Source: Ostrea edulis (lineage: Eukaryota). From it: a stretch of DNA of 64,000 nt. The stretch lies in assembly GCF_947568905.1 (NCBI RefSeq), contig NC_079167.1, forward strand, positions 75,392,001-75,456,000, in the 5' to 3' direction. A program made the translations under genes and the position numbers. Under the pieces are notes generated by a model that did no database searches, was not told the DNA's origin, and saw only the letters and a program-made list of their open reading frames with translations. Shown here piece by piece: positions 13,226-26,160 of the stretch. Numbering within the stretch: the first letter of the stretch is position 1; each line of letters begins with the position of its first letter.

Positions 13226-14521
13226 TTCTATTACATGTACTAACTATTAGTGTTATTGTGGAATAAAACACAAAAGTTTACAATGAAATTGGGAAAAATA
13301 AAATAGAATGAGGTTCAGGGGCCACAATGCTCACCTGGGCCACTTTGCTGATACAAAGACTGCAACACTGAAAGCTTCTCTACACTCTATACATCTGACT
13401 GCTAAATAAAACTTTGAACCACTACTGTGGCCCTACCCTGGCCACCTGGGGTTCATGGCATGAACAAACAAACTACAGATGACAATTCAACTGTGATTAA
13501 AGCTTCACTGATCATATGCTTATAGCAGTGTATCCGATGTACCAAAATGTAATACCGAGCGAAGCTCTGACAGGCTGAAGGCCCGTCCGCAAAGCAAGGC
13601 TCTAAAGGTAACATGTATGTAAAAGAAAAAATGAGAAAATCAGCAAATGAATAGAGATAATCTCTACATACGTTCACTGAAAATTTTGTGATCCATATGG
13701 GCGCCGCCATATTGCTTTGTTAATTAGTTGCTTCTAGAGTTATTCTTGTTTTAATTGGAATGCCGAAAATACAAGACTGACGTGCAATTTGTAATTCAAA
13801 TACTTAATAGTTTATTAAAAATGAATGGTTTAATTATCATTGTTACAGTTTTAGCCAATCATCAAATAGAAAAACAGTAATACAACTAAATAGATGAATG
13901 TTGAATTCATTAGTTTTTTTAAATATAAGAAATAAACACTATATTTACACTTACTTCATTACCACTTCGAATTTCTTGGTTAATTTTGTTTAGTTTTAAC
14001 TGTCTTTTAAATTGCAAATGAAATGTATTGTTTTTTATAATTGTTTGATTTGAAAGAAAAAAGTTTAGGCTAAATGTGATGTGACAATGCACAGTTTTCA
14101 GCGGCTGGTGTTATATTCCCCACGTTAAATGAATAGGTGGATCCAGTAGTTATCCTCATATATATCCACCTTTAATACTTGTATCTAGATGTTACTAGGG
14201 GGTTCAGTGCAAGGGGGATTTCATAAATGATATATATTTTTAAATGAATTATAATTTACCGTACTTAACGGAATTATAATTATCACTTAATTGGGACACG
14301 CCAATGACCATTTCATGCTTCACTCAGCCCAACGGTCACACCGTATATACATAATATCATACTTGTTTGTAAAAAGTAATTTATAGATAAATTTGAAAGT
14401 ACCTATGCGGTGATCTGTAAAATAGATATTTCATCTTTATTATATTAAACTCAAAAGCAACATCTAGAAGTTATGTACACCTCATTTCTAGCACTATCTG
14501 TCATATTGACCAATCTATTAC

Positions 14522-15290
14522 CAGTGATTTTTTTTGGGCCAAAATGCCACCGATATTCGGCTGTTTCCCCTCACTAAAATTAGCTATTTTTTCCCAATTA
14601 TATATGTATGTTTTTCCCAATTTCAAATCTAGGGAAATTAGGCCATTTAAAAAAAAGGTTACCGTATATTGCTGACAAAGAGTAAATACGTTTTTCTCTT
14701 CAGTTTTATTCTCCAAACCACTGCACATGCAAAAGGTTTTGTAAAGAATATGTAAAACAATAGAGGCATCCATATAAGCAGATATGCAGCGAAGTATAGA
14801 GTTTCCAGATACACATTAAGCCATATTATATTGTTGACATTTAGTTTGACCGCCTTTATATGTAGGGTCAGGATAATAACAGAAAGTGGCCAACAGTATA
14901 GGGTTTTACTAAAATCCGAAAAATACAAACAGGAGAGACATTCTGAAAACTTTATTATTAATATAATATTTAGATCTACAAGATTATGGGTACAAATGCT
15001 GGTGAATTAATAATTTATTATTTTGTTTATGAAATTAGACAATAAGTATTTCTTAGAAAAAGTAAATAATATCTATACAAGGTGTGACTTCCAATACATA
15101 TTTAATGTTAAATAATGATTTATTTTACGATTTTAAATCAGATCTGAAATAAACCTCAAACAAAAAAATTGTTATTTGATTATTTTATGCATCTTTACCA
15201 TTTTAATTTACTATGAATGATTTTTCTCAATTTGAGGAAAATGTCGATAATTTTTCCCAATTCAAAGGGATTACAGGTGAAAGAATAAAA
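14522..15290. mobile_element. Diverged inverted relative of the 1484-1804 MITE family
   Basis: 14522-14600 and 15220-15280 resemble the reverse complements of the two ends of the 1484 element. Confidence 0.5.
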
Positions 15291-15906
15291 TGTAACATCC
15301 CACAAGTTATCACCAATCATTAGTCATTTTTCGAAGAAAAAAAATATATATATATCAATTTACAACCAATTAAACTTGTTTGAATTCATTTCTGGAATAT
15401 AAGCCTAAACACAAAACACGCCTACAGTATATTTCTTTTGGCCTTTTTTTGGAACAACCCCCACCCCTTTAAAGTGACCTAAATATCAAAATAAGAGTGG
15501 CCATCCTTATATAACAAAGAATTAAAATATGTAAAATTTCATTGCTGAAATTCAAAAGGTATTAAGTTATCTAGAAACCAAGGTGTTACAAACAGACAGA
15601 CAGACAGTAAAGAGACACGAACAAACATCTCACTTCTGCTGAGGAAGGGACAAAAAGTACTGTTTTAGAATATTGTACTTTAGGAATCTTTTAAAACGTA
15701 GTCCGTGTGGTACATCTGTACAGTGTACAGTGTACTTCTAACACACAAGAGCAGGATGGTAATTCAAAGTGAAGATATTGAGAGGAAATAAATGTTATCA
15801 TATGGTAGCACAGCTTTAAGAACAAACCAGTGCACCCGGGCCCCCTCCCCCATTTTAGATTAAAACAAGATTAATTCAATAATTGTTCAATGACTTTTTT
15901 TTTTAC

Positions 15907-16562
15907 TACTAGCTGTTTTAACTTGTATGTTTCTTAACCCATTATTAAGTTGCTATTTACTAGCTGTTTTAACTTGTATGTTTCTTAACCCATCATTAAG
16001 TTGCTATTTACTAGCTGTTTTAACTTGTATGTTTCTTAACCCATCATTAAGTTGCTATTTACTAGCTGTTTTAACTTGTATGTTTCTTAACCCATTATTA
16101 AGTTGCTATTTACTAGCTGTTTTAACTTGTATGTTTCTTAACCCATTATTAAGTTGCTATTTACTAGCTGTTTTAATTTGTATGTTTCTGAACCCATTAT
16201 TAAGTTGCTATTAGCTGTTTTAACTTGTATGTTTCTTAACCCATCATTAAGTTGCTATTTACTAGCTGTTTTAACTTGTATGTTTCTTAACCCATTATTA
16301 AGTAGTTATTTACTAGCTGTTTTAACTTGTATGTTTCTTAACCCATTATTAACTTGTTATTTACTAGCTGTTTTAACTTGTATGTTTCTTAACCCATTAT
16401 TAACTTGTTATTTACTAGCTGTTTTAACTTGTATGTTTCTTAACCCATTATTAACTTGTTATTTACTAGCTGTTTTAACTTGTATGTTTCTTAACCCATT
16501 ATTAAGTTGCTATTTACTAGCTGTTTTAACTTGTATGTTTCTTAACCCATTATTAAGTTGCT
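15907..16562. repeat. 51-bp minisatellite, about 13 copies
   Basis: Unit tactagctgttttaacttgtatgtttcttaacccattattaagttgctatt; one copy has a 4-nt deletion. Confidence 0.95.
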
Positions 16563-17327
16563 GTTTCGGACTATACAAAGAATCATGCCACCACAACTAA
16601 ACAAGACAGCAGAACGATAACACAAAACTGACTGAAACATCCCTCTGACTCACAATACATATATAGATTGTACCAGGCATTAGCGTATTTGGCTGTGTTT
16701 GGCTGTTTGTTGTAAGTAGCAGCCACTATGGAGCAAGTCTCTAATGGACTCATGGTGTCTTTCCTTAAGCAGGCAGTAATCAGTTTCTACACAGAGGTAA
16801 AAACCATGGGTAATAATTACTAACACCTTACAAATTTTTTTTATTATTGCAAAGCATCGCACAAATTTGAGCAATAGGGAGGGGTCTGTACATGACGATG
16901 TGCATCTCAAATCAGGTAAAATCTATGATGAAAGGCACCAAGTCAAAATTGAACCTTGCATGCTGAAATATCTAGATTCACGCATGGCATAATCAGAATT
17001 CTTGACTATCATTAAGGGCAGTGGCATGTGTAGATCAATATCAATTATTGCTGTGGTGAGCAGTTTTGTCAATATCCCTGCCTCTCCGCTGAATGTCCGC
17101 TTTACACAGACAACCCCAAAGACAACCACTAGAGAAAACAGCGACTAGTGGGAGGTCTGTTTAGGTCTTAATTAGACAATCTACATACTGTCCAATGAGA
17201 AATTGGTTTTGACCCAAAAGTCACTGACTGAAGTCTTAACTGATTGAACAAACTCCTACATTGTAGGTGATCAAAGATCACTGTCATCTTCCATGGTAAC
17301 ATTATAGAGGCTTATTACAGCTTAATA

Positions 17328-17905
17328 AACAAGAGGCCCATGGGCCAAATTGCTCACATGAGTCACCTTAGCCCATATTTAAACATTTTCCCTATATATT
17401 AATTCGCATGTAAAACTTTGATCTCTATTGTGGCCCCATCCTACCCCCAGGAGGCCATGATTTTTACTAACTTGAATCTGCACGATGTCAGGAAGCTTTC
17501 ATGTAAATGTAAACTTTTCTGGCTCAGTGGATCTTCAGAAGAAGATTTTTAATGATTTTCCCTATATATTTGTATTAAAACTTTGATCCCCAATTGTAGT
17601 CCCATCCTACCCCTGGTGGTCATGATTTTATCAAAATTGAAATTTGCACTATGCCAGGAAGCTTTCATGTAAATTTCAGCTCTTCTGGCTCAGTGGTTCT
17701 TGAGAAGAAGATTTTCAAATGACCACCCTATTTTTGCATTTTTGTGATGATCTCCTCTTTGAAGGGGGCATGGCCCTTCATTTGAACAAACTTGAAAGCC
17801 CTTCACCCAAGAATGCTTTCTACAAAGTGTGGTTGAAATTGGCTATTTGATTCTGGAGAAGTCAAAAATATAAAAAGTTTGCAGATGGACAGACAGACGG
17901 CGGCA

Positions 17906-17939
<34 letters not shown>

Positions 17940-17955
17940 TTCAGGTGAGCTAAAA
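17328..17955 (-). mobile_element. HINE/Helentron-type non-autonomous element with internal satellite-like monomers
   Basis: Ends aacaagaggcccatgggcc...gctcac and gagctttcagttcaggtgagctaaaa, gacagacagacgg microsatellite, two internal repeats of about 165 bp. Confidence 0.75.
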
Positions 17956-18398
17956 AGTTGTAAACAGGTTTATCACTATGGTAACCAAAATCATTCCAAG
18001 ACTTATACTGGGATATAACCCATGGAATCTTTTTTTTTAATACATACTAGGTGAATGACTACAAATTTGTAATCCAAATGCATGTTGTGTGGTTATGCAT
18101 CCTACATGTCAATGTAAAGAACTGTTTTATTTTAGTGCCTTTGTGGTCTTCTTTATAAGACCTGTAACTCGTGAGTTTATTTATTATCCATTTAGGAATA
18201 GGCATATACAATGTATACAAGAAAATATCACAGACAGAAATACATTTAAAACGAGAGATCTTAGGTACAAAGGAAAACTCTTTAAACTATTTGATATTTA
18301 GACATGGTGGACATAATGTCTACATCTAATAGGCAAGGATTACCCATCAAAGTCAAGTGGCTTATTTCCAACGGGGTCCTTCTAACCTTGTAAAATGA

Positions 18399-18748
18399 CA
18401 GTGTTCAAAATTGGTTTAAAACTTGGTATAGACCACAGGTCTATGCCAAAACAAGATGGCATAGACCTCATCAAATTGGCATAGACTGCAACATTGAAAA
18501 AAAATAACAACACAAAATTAAAACATTGTTCTTACTCCTAATGTACTTTTAAAAAAGCATATTTGCTTTCCATTTCCATAACAATGTCCTCCTTTCCTCG
18601 TAACGTTTATCAGACGTTGACTTTAGGGATAACTCAATTGATTTAAACTTAGAAAATTGGCATAGACAATTTGGTCTATCTCAATTACAATTGGCATAGA
18701 CCAGTGTCAATTGACATAGACTCGGTCTATGGTTAATTTCAAACACTG
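18399..18748. mobile_element. MITE with imperfect 14-bp TIR (cagtgttcaaaatt) and 7-bp TSD aaaatga
   Basis: TIRs, flanking direct repeat, internal ggcatagac repeats. Confidence 0.7.
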
Positions 18749-18964
18749 AAAATGACATACACAATGTATTATTATAACAAAAAGAGTGATTATTGGGGAG
18801 ACAAAAAAAGGATGAACGACATTCAGAGTGAAAACCCTAGTACATGTGTAATGTTTTATATCCTAACTTAAATACAACAGTTCTGATTATTGATAATTCC
18901 TTGAATGCAGAACCATAAATAACAACTATAAGTGTACATGTCAAGGTACTGAAGTCAATAATAC

Positions 18965-19200
18965 AAAAAGTCTGCCATTTTCTTAATTTCATTGAGTAAA
19001 TGATTTTTTAACTTCTGATTTACGGTCTACATGAAATTTTATTGCTTATTCATTTGATTTCATCTGACAGGAAGAGATTTCCAATATTTAATGCCGTTAT
19101 AATAGAAAGTTTCGGATTCCAGTACTTCACATAAAAGTTTGTAACTTAATGTCCAGCATCACTATATCCCCATGAAAACAGTCAAATAATTCAAGGTCCA
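18965..19200 (-). mobile_element. Decayed L2/CR1-like LINE ORF2 C-terminal remnant
   Basis: Minus strand translates TFYYNGIKYWKSLP... followed by K-rich residues, resembling the F.Y.G.K.WN.LP motif at LINE RT C-termini. Confidence 0.5.
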
Positions 19201-20679
19201 TTCAAGAAATAAAGAATACTTTTAAAAAGTTCACAAGGATATGAACTTGGTTTATTAAATCCAATCAGCCAGATGATTTAAATAGGTCCATCTAAGGAAA
19301 ATTATTTGCAAATAAAATATGTTTCAATAATTTTGTTGAAAATGATTTCAAATTCATAAAATACATGCATTCAGATGCACAAATTGATACGAATATACAT
19401 TTATTCCAATTGATTTTTATGTGATATCCTGTGAATCCTGTAACAATAGCTACAGGCATACAGATTTTACCCATCTGTCTTCCACTTCATTATCATACTA
19501 ATAGCCTTTAATTATCCAGGATTGCAAAAATTAGCATACAATTAGTTTTCATTGTGGTCCTGCATGACATTTAATCTGTCCAACTCCTTGCATGGATTTA
19601 AAGCTAGGACCTCTTCATTTTGCAACCTATCTATAACAGCTGAACATGAATTGAATTCTGAATAAAAATGCTTAACATAGGACTTGGGTTCTGCTGCCTA
19701 AGGGCTTATAGTCCACCTTGTAAAAATATGTATGTGTGTACCTTATTTGGAAAAATGTTGTAAATCAAAATTTCAGCATTCCAAACTTGTTTGAAGGTCC
19801 ACAGAATTTTGAATTTGATAGAGTTGTAAGAAAGCTCTGTAAAACTTTACAGCAGAGATTGGACAAGCTCAGGATACCTGCTCTTGGAACTTAGTAGGGT
19901 ATCCTAAAACATTACACACTACACACATACACATTAAGAATGTGTACAACGGAAGGGTTTTCATGTCCTTAAGTGTTTTAAATTGTCTTAAATACTCAAT
20001 TTAAAAGCTCTACAGAGCTTGTGTTGATTTGTTGAATGTATTGTAGAACTCAATTTAAATGAAATTGACTTATTTACTCACTCACTTAAGGTTTAAAAAA
20101 TTGTGAGTTATTTTGAATTTAACAAAAGCCTATGGGCCTAATCGTCATCTGAATATCACAAAACAAAGAACTGAAATTAGAAGTTCTAAAGTGTATCTTT
20201 TAAACTCGGAGAACCATATGTCTTCATTTTCTTCTACTGTTTTTTTTCAATAAAAAATCAGAGCGTAGCAAAATATTTTACCCCCTCCCTTCTCTTTTAT
20301 TTAGGGGGGAGGGGGGTCACTTAGATCTTTGCCTAATGACCATGGTTCAGGGTCATTAAACACTTTGTCACCTTTACATGAGCTAACATTTTAAGCAGTG
20401 CCCATTACCTGATGGACAGATGATGACCTCATTTCAGGTTTAGACACATTTTTTAACATTTTTTCTATATTACTGGATGAAGAAACCATAAGCTCTGTAA
20501 ATCTTTCTGGAAAGAAAATCACCTCACTTTTATAGGTATGCTACACCAGAGAAATTTGATATGGATGAAAAATGGAGGATATGTACAACAATATTTTGAA
20601 ATTGAAAATATTTAGATTTACTTTATTTAGTCAAAAAATGCAGTTTTAGTCGAAAGCAATTCGAAATTTTTTTTAAACC

Positions 20680-20752
20680 CCTACTGGACTCGAACACACG
20701 ATCTACAATTCAGCAGTCGACATGCTAACCTACTGAGCTACTCAGCTAGGCG
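20680..20752 (-). mobile_element. tRNA-like remnant within a repeat
   Basis: Minus strand tagctcagtaggttagc ... gttcgagtcc (A- and B-box-like). Confidence 0.45.
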
Positions 20753-21228
20753 ATGACTTTTTAAATGAATAGACAAATATTACTAATATTCATATTTTCA
20801 TCCATGTTTTACAAGGAAGTCAGCAATTATGACAATGTAGAGAACATCCTTAAAAATATTGCAATGATTGGTGTTTAGAAATTAATACTGATAAGACGAA
20901 AGTAGTCATTTTTAAAGAGATAGTAAAGCTTATTTTGAAAAAAAATGTTTCCCTCACCCCAAATCATGTTATTCTTCTCTAATATGATTAAAAATTATAT
21001 ATCTGAATGATATTTTTAAACTTTAAAATGACTGCATTTTGTCTGATATCATGAAATGAGTCATACACGTCAAATCGCGAGAGCATAAATTTGCAAGTGT
21101 TCTGTTGATAAAGAGTTTTTATATGTATGTTAGCAATATGAAAATAAAAGTGAATAATTTTATTTCGCGAGTGATGCTTTCCGCAAAATTACGCAGCAAT
21201 AGATTCCTCGCATATATTTAGGTATTTC

Positions 21229-21805
21229 CAGTACTACATATTGAATGTGTTAACAGTACTACGTATTGAATGTGTTAACAGTACTACTTATTGAATGTGT
21301 TAACAGTACTACGTATTGAATGTGTTAACAGTACTACGTATTGAACGTGTTAACAGTACTACGTATTGAATGTGTTAACAGTACTACGTATTGAACGTGT
21401 TAACAGTACTACGTATTGAACGTGTTAACAGTACTACGTATTGAATGTGTTAACAGTACTACGTATTGAATGTGTTAACAGTACTACGTATTGAACGTGT
21501 TAACAGTACTACGTATTGAATGTGTTAACAGTACTACGTATTGAATGTGTTAACAGTACTACGTATTGAACGTGTTAACAGTACTACGTATTGAACGTGT
21601 TAACAGTACTACGTATTGAACGTGTTAACAGTACTACGTATTGAATGTGTTAACAGTACTACGTATTGAACGTGTTAACAGTACTACGTATTGAACGTGT
21701 TAACAGTACTACGTATTGAACGTGTTAACAGTACTACGTATTGAACGTGTTAACAGTACTACGTATTGAATGTGTTAACAGTACTACGTATTGAATGTGT
21801 TAACA
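21229..21805. repeat. 25-bp minisatellite x23
   Basis: Unit cagtactacgtattgaa(t/c)gtgttaa. Confidence 0.97.
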
Positions 21806-21849
21806 AATATAAACATTTAAGTGTAATATCCTCCTCCTGTGTTTCATTT

Positions 21850-22345
21850 AAGGAAGCAAAATCTGATTTTAAATAGTAAAGCTCTTAAGGCCTCATTCAA
21901 ACTTTGTAAAGAAATTTCCTTTCTGACTGCCCATTCTATGTTGAAGAGAGACATATGTTTTTATGATATGAATCCAAGCTCAATAAGAGCTGTATCTATT
22001 TAACAAATAAGGATGAATTTATTTGGTTGATGATTAATGAAAACAAACCAGTCATTTTCAAATTGAGTGAATATCTACATGTATAGTTAAAACTTTACGG
22101 GGAAAAAAGGTAATGTTTAATATAAAACTGCAAAAATGCATCTAGTTCATTATTCCTATGTTGGAATAACGCTGGTCAGGTGTTGTCCATTTACTTTTGT
22201 AAACACAATATTTGCAAACTTCTCTCCCCATATGCTGTATGTAGTTTGTAATTAATTTTGTAATCTTTTCTGAAGCTTCAATCTTTATAAACTGCCTTTT
22301 CTGTTATGCCCTCTGGGCCCAAAATTGAAATAAACTTATAATAAT
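21850..22345 (+). mobile_element. Probable LINE 3' end fragment
   Basis: Ends ctgttatgccctctgggcccaaaattgaaataaaactt, repeated at about 51305-51345. Confidence 0.4.
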
Positions 22346-23950
22346 TATTATCATGATCATAGTCTGATCATAAGCAACCTATTTTTTTTTTTTTTTGGTC
22401 AACTTTGTACTTCCATTACATTAGAAAAAATTAGTCATAGGGGCACATATGGTAAATTGGTCAAAAGTATATAAAAAAAAAAACCATTTAAAGTTTGGGA
22501 ATAATGACACATATTGCATAACAAGTCAATAGGTGTAAGACATCAAAATGAGAGAGAGAGATGGTTGATATGAACCCTATGAGTGATTTATGAGTCCTTT
22601 ATACATTATCAAGGATTTTGAAATTTTGTAATATACAAAGCCAAATATGTCCATTCTAACCTCTTTGGGACCAAGGCTGTTTACAAATATCCAAGTACAT
22701 TAAAAACTAAGATGCACCCAAATCATATGAAAATATTCTGTTTGTATCAATTCAGATTTCAGAATGTTAGGAGTGGTATAGCTACAACAGGGGGAATAAC
22801 TCTCACAAATCTGATGTTCTTTACAACAAGCATCCAATCTCCACTATAAAATTCAAGTATCCAAGCCGTCCAGTGAAGTTTATCAATACCATTGTAATTC
22901 TTTAGGGATTTCCATACATACACACACTGGTAGCTGACAAGATTTCTTTTCCTTTGAAAACCCAGCTCTGATACAGGCTATCTTTCGGCAATAAAAGAAA
23001 TCAATGAAAAGCCAACACAGGCAAAAAAATGAAGAATTGAAGAAATGCTCTGATTTGAGATACAGCGGATCATTCATAACATCCAGTGCATTTGAACTAT
23101 TGATTAAGTGTCGTATGATGGGCAAGTGATGGATGCAATGTTGGAAAACATTAATAAATTGGCCAATAGGGACCAACATGAAGGAAAGTAAGATTAGTGA
23201 TGTTACTATTCTTAGTTTTCCAACATGAGATAAACAACAATGGAACCTCAGCCCCTTTGTCTCTATACAGAGGAATACATTTGGATTTGGTATTAAAAAT
23301 TAACCAGAAAAACCAGAGACCAGTCCTGTGGTCATTTATTCCATATACCTGAAATTATTCATCAAGGGACATAACTGCTATTACACCACGATCCTGTCTT
23401 TCTAGCTCTTTGATATAAAAAAAAAAAAAGAAACTCTGCATCTATCACTTTAAACACACAAAAAATGTGCTTACTTATCAAGCTAAAAAGATATGTTTAC
23501 AGTTTGCATATGATATCACTTACAAATGTATAGAACATGCACCTGTTGTGCAGAACATCATCAGGGAAGGAATTCCTTGTGTTTAAAGTTACATGTGATC
23601 TAAATCTTTTTTCATACTGTAGCCGAGTAATTTTAGCTGTTTTTTTATGGTATGTACACAAGCAAGAGAAACCAAACAACAAAATTAACAAACAACAAAA
23701 ATTTAATGTCATAAAACTGTATGAATCCTTTAAATGGAATTAAATCGTGTTATTCAAGAGTTCCTATTTAAGCTGTCCATATAAACTGTCTAGAAGTGCT
23801 TTTGTCCTATCAATGTTATTGAGAATGTGATTTAATTAGTAAAACTGCTTTTTGTGTCCCATATTCTGTCATTGTTCAATTCCTCAGTTTTCTTCCAACC
23901 CTTTTGCTTGGGAAATTTTTTCAATCTCATCCTCACAAGCAGTGTCTAAA

Positions 23951-24530
23951 AAAAGGCGAAGATAACGAACAGTGATCAATCTCATAAATCCCGCTCGCGC
24001 TGATACAGAAAGTTTCCAAGTATACTTTCAGAAGGTCGGTGGTCTCTTCCCAGGTACATTGTATCTGGGTTCTCTCTTCCACCAATAAAAACTGGGTGCC
24101 ACCAGATAACTGAAAAATTGTTGAGTGTGGTGGAATACATCAATCAATCATAACTTCTATAAGCAATACAAAACAGAGAATTGGAGTTAGGCAAACACGG
24201 ACCCCTGGATATACTAGAGGTGGGATCGGGTGCTTAGGAGGAGTAAGCATCCCCTGTCGACCGGTCACATCCGACATGAGCCCCATCTCCTAATCAGGTA
24301 AACGGAGTTATCCGTAGTCAAAATCAGTGTGCCAAGAACGGCCTAACAATCGGCATGAAACACGTCAGACAGCATTTGACCCAATGATAGGTTGTATTGG
24401 CAAACTAGATCGTTATAACGACCATAGAATTTGCAAAATGCTGATTTTAAACGCAACTGTTGGAATCCCTGCACCATCAACTTGTTTGACAGTAGCTTGC
24501 CTCGATTTAAAAACTGATTACACGTAGACT
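23951..24530 (+). mobile_element. Unclassified interspersed repeat interrupted by a SINE fragment (23988-24147, TSD tcataa)
   Basis: An uninterrupted partial copy in the opposite orientation at 60158-60297 shows the empty site. Confidence 0.7.
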
Positions 24531-24589
24531 AAAGAGTCATACACTCAATCCTGACTGATCATCTAAAATACTGCAAGCCAACCAAATTC

Positions 24590-25905
24590 AATGCATTATC
24601 ATGTCTGTAAACAACTTGTACATGTCTGTAAAATGAGAATTCTGACATTGGCATCTAATATGGCAACTACCAATAAATAAAATGAAAAGAACCCAACCAA
24701 CACTTGCCTCTTATAGATGCAATTTGATCACCCTTGTTGAAGAAGGTCATTATGCGAGAGATTATGGCGATCAATCTTGGACAAATCAAACAGGTATAGT
24801 CCCAAAGTTTTTCTACCAAATCACTTCTATCCTTTTATACAAGCATTAGCCAATAAAAGACAATAAAGTAACTTAAATACAATTGAAAAAGCTATACTTT
24901 TCGTACTGAGAAAATTCTTTGATGTGTAGGTCCTACTTCATGGATAAACCAGTTTCCAATTTTAACTGGCAGAGTGTTCATTTCAATAATAGGGCAATTG
25001 AAATAATAGAGGGCGAAGCCTTCTCACGGCCCTTCGGGCCGTGAGAGCAGAGCTCTCCCTATAGGTAACACGTATATACATGTTTAAAAGGAAAATATTG
25101 TATAGGAAAATAATGAAAAATTAAACCATACCTATGGAACTTGAAAAGTTTGGTCCCAATGGCGTCGATTCGAATACTATCGCGTGGACATGTATTTCTC
25201 CATTTTGAATTTCGTATACACAAATTCACGTCGTTGTGAGATGTTGCATAAAATCAGTAAAAGCATGTAAATCTATTTTCTTAATCATATAGACCCTAAA
25301 ATCACTCCTGGTCTCGAGTAACGCAAAATTCATAACTTGTCTAATCCTATGTTTATGAATTTGCTAAACACCGACGCTGAATATGACGTCACAATGCACT
25401 GTTTACATAAGTTGCATATAGTTTCCCGCGTTCAATGAGTATTCGGATTAACTTGAAATGTCTAAAGTTAGAATACTTTGATTGAACTCTGTCCTAACAC
25501 GTTAGGTGCAACCTTCGGGATATTTTTTGTCTTGTTATGGATCTACATACTAATGCTGATACTTTTTGCTTCGCCCTCAAACACGGTCACGCCGTAAAGC
25601 ATATTATAACTCTAAGTAATGGATAAATATTCTCATTAAAAAATCTACTTTTATTATTGGGGATGTATCAATATGATGATTTCAAAAGGTTGTCTGAAAT
25701 AAAAACAAAAAAGAGCAGACGAACTTTAGCAAACACCCACATTTTGGAGTCGTAAATAATGTATAGGTAAGGCTGCCTCCGGGGTGTGGTCTTCTTGGAC
25801 AGTTGAAATGTATAAATATCTACATTATCGATCGTTTGAGTAATGAATACTTTCAAGCTTACCTTTAAGGGCTAAAAGGTGTTCTTTTTCTTTCGTGCCT
25901 TCCAT
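24590..25905 (-). other. Candidate unannotated spliced transcript or small ORF divergent from COA7
   Basis: accATGg at 25905 (MEGTKEKEHLLALK) with donor G|gtaagc; phase-consistent putative exons 24965-24907, 24831-24708 (AG|gcaagt GC donor) and a last exon from 24625; no recognisable homology. Confidence 0.3.
25003..25605. mobile_element. HINE/DINE-1-like element with sub-terminal inverted repeats and hairpins
   Basis: subTIR gagggcgaagc (25009-25019) / gcttcgccctc (25568-25578); perfect hairpin ctcacggccc-ttc-gggccgtgag (25023-25045); small hairpin acgg-tcacg-ccgt (25583-25595). Confidence 0.7.
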
Positions 25906-26142
25906 GGTTGGTGGTAGTGTTGTGTGTTAAGTTGTACCAACTCTATGTTGGGTATTAGGTAATTTTAGTCCTCCATACATAAAACAGAAAACCTGGATAA
26001 AATAAAAATTGGCATTATATTAATTTATATTTTACATGTTATGAATTACTATTAAAGTTAGGTCAAACGGTCTAAATGTAAACTGTCGAGCTTATAATAC
26101 GATTCGAATGACTTTATATTTTAGTTACTGTGAATCGAAAAA

Positions 26143-26150
26143 CCGGAAGT
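26143..26150 (+). promoter_or_regulatory. ETS/GABP-type motif CCGGAAGT just upstream of the COA7 ATG
   Basis: Exact octamer ending 10 nt before the ATG. Confidence 0.5.
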
Positions 26151-26160
26151 AAATGAAACC

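Noticed and set aside
24708-24810. Alternative minus frame with in-frame TGA giving U-S-N-C (selenoprotein-like UxxC)
   Set aside because: The frame is closed upstream, there is no thioredoxin-fold context, and no SECIS was recognised.
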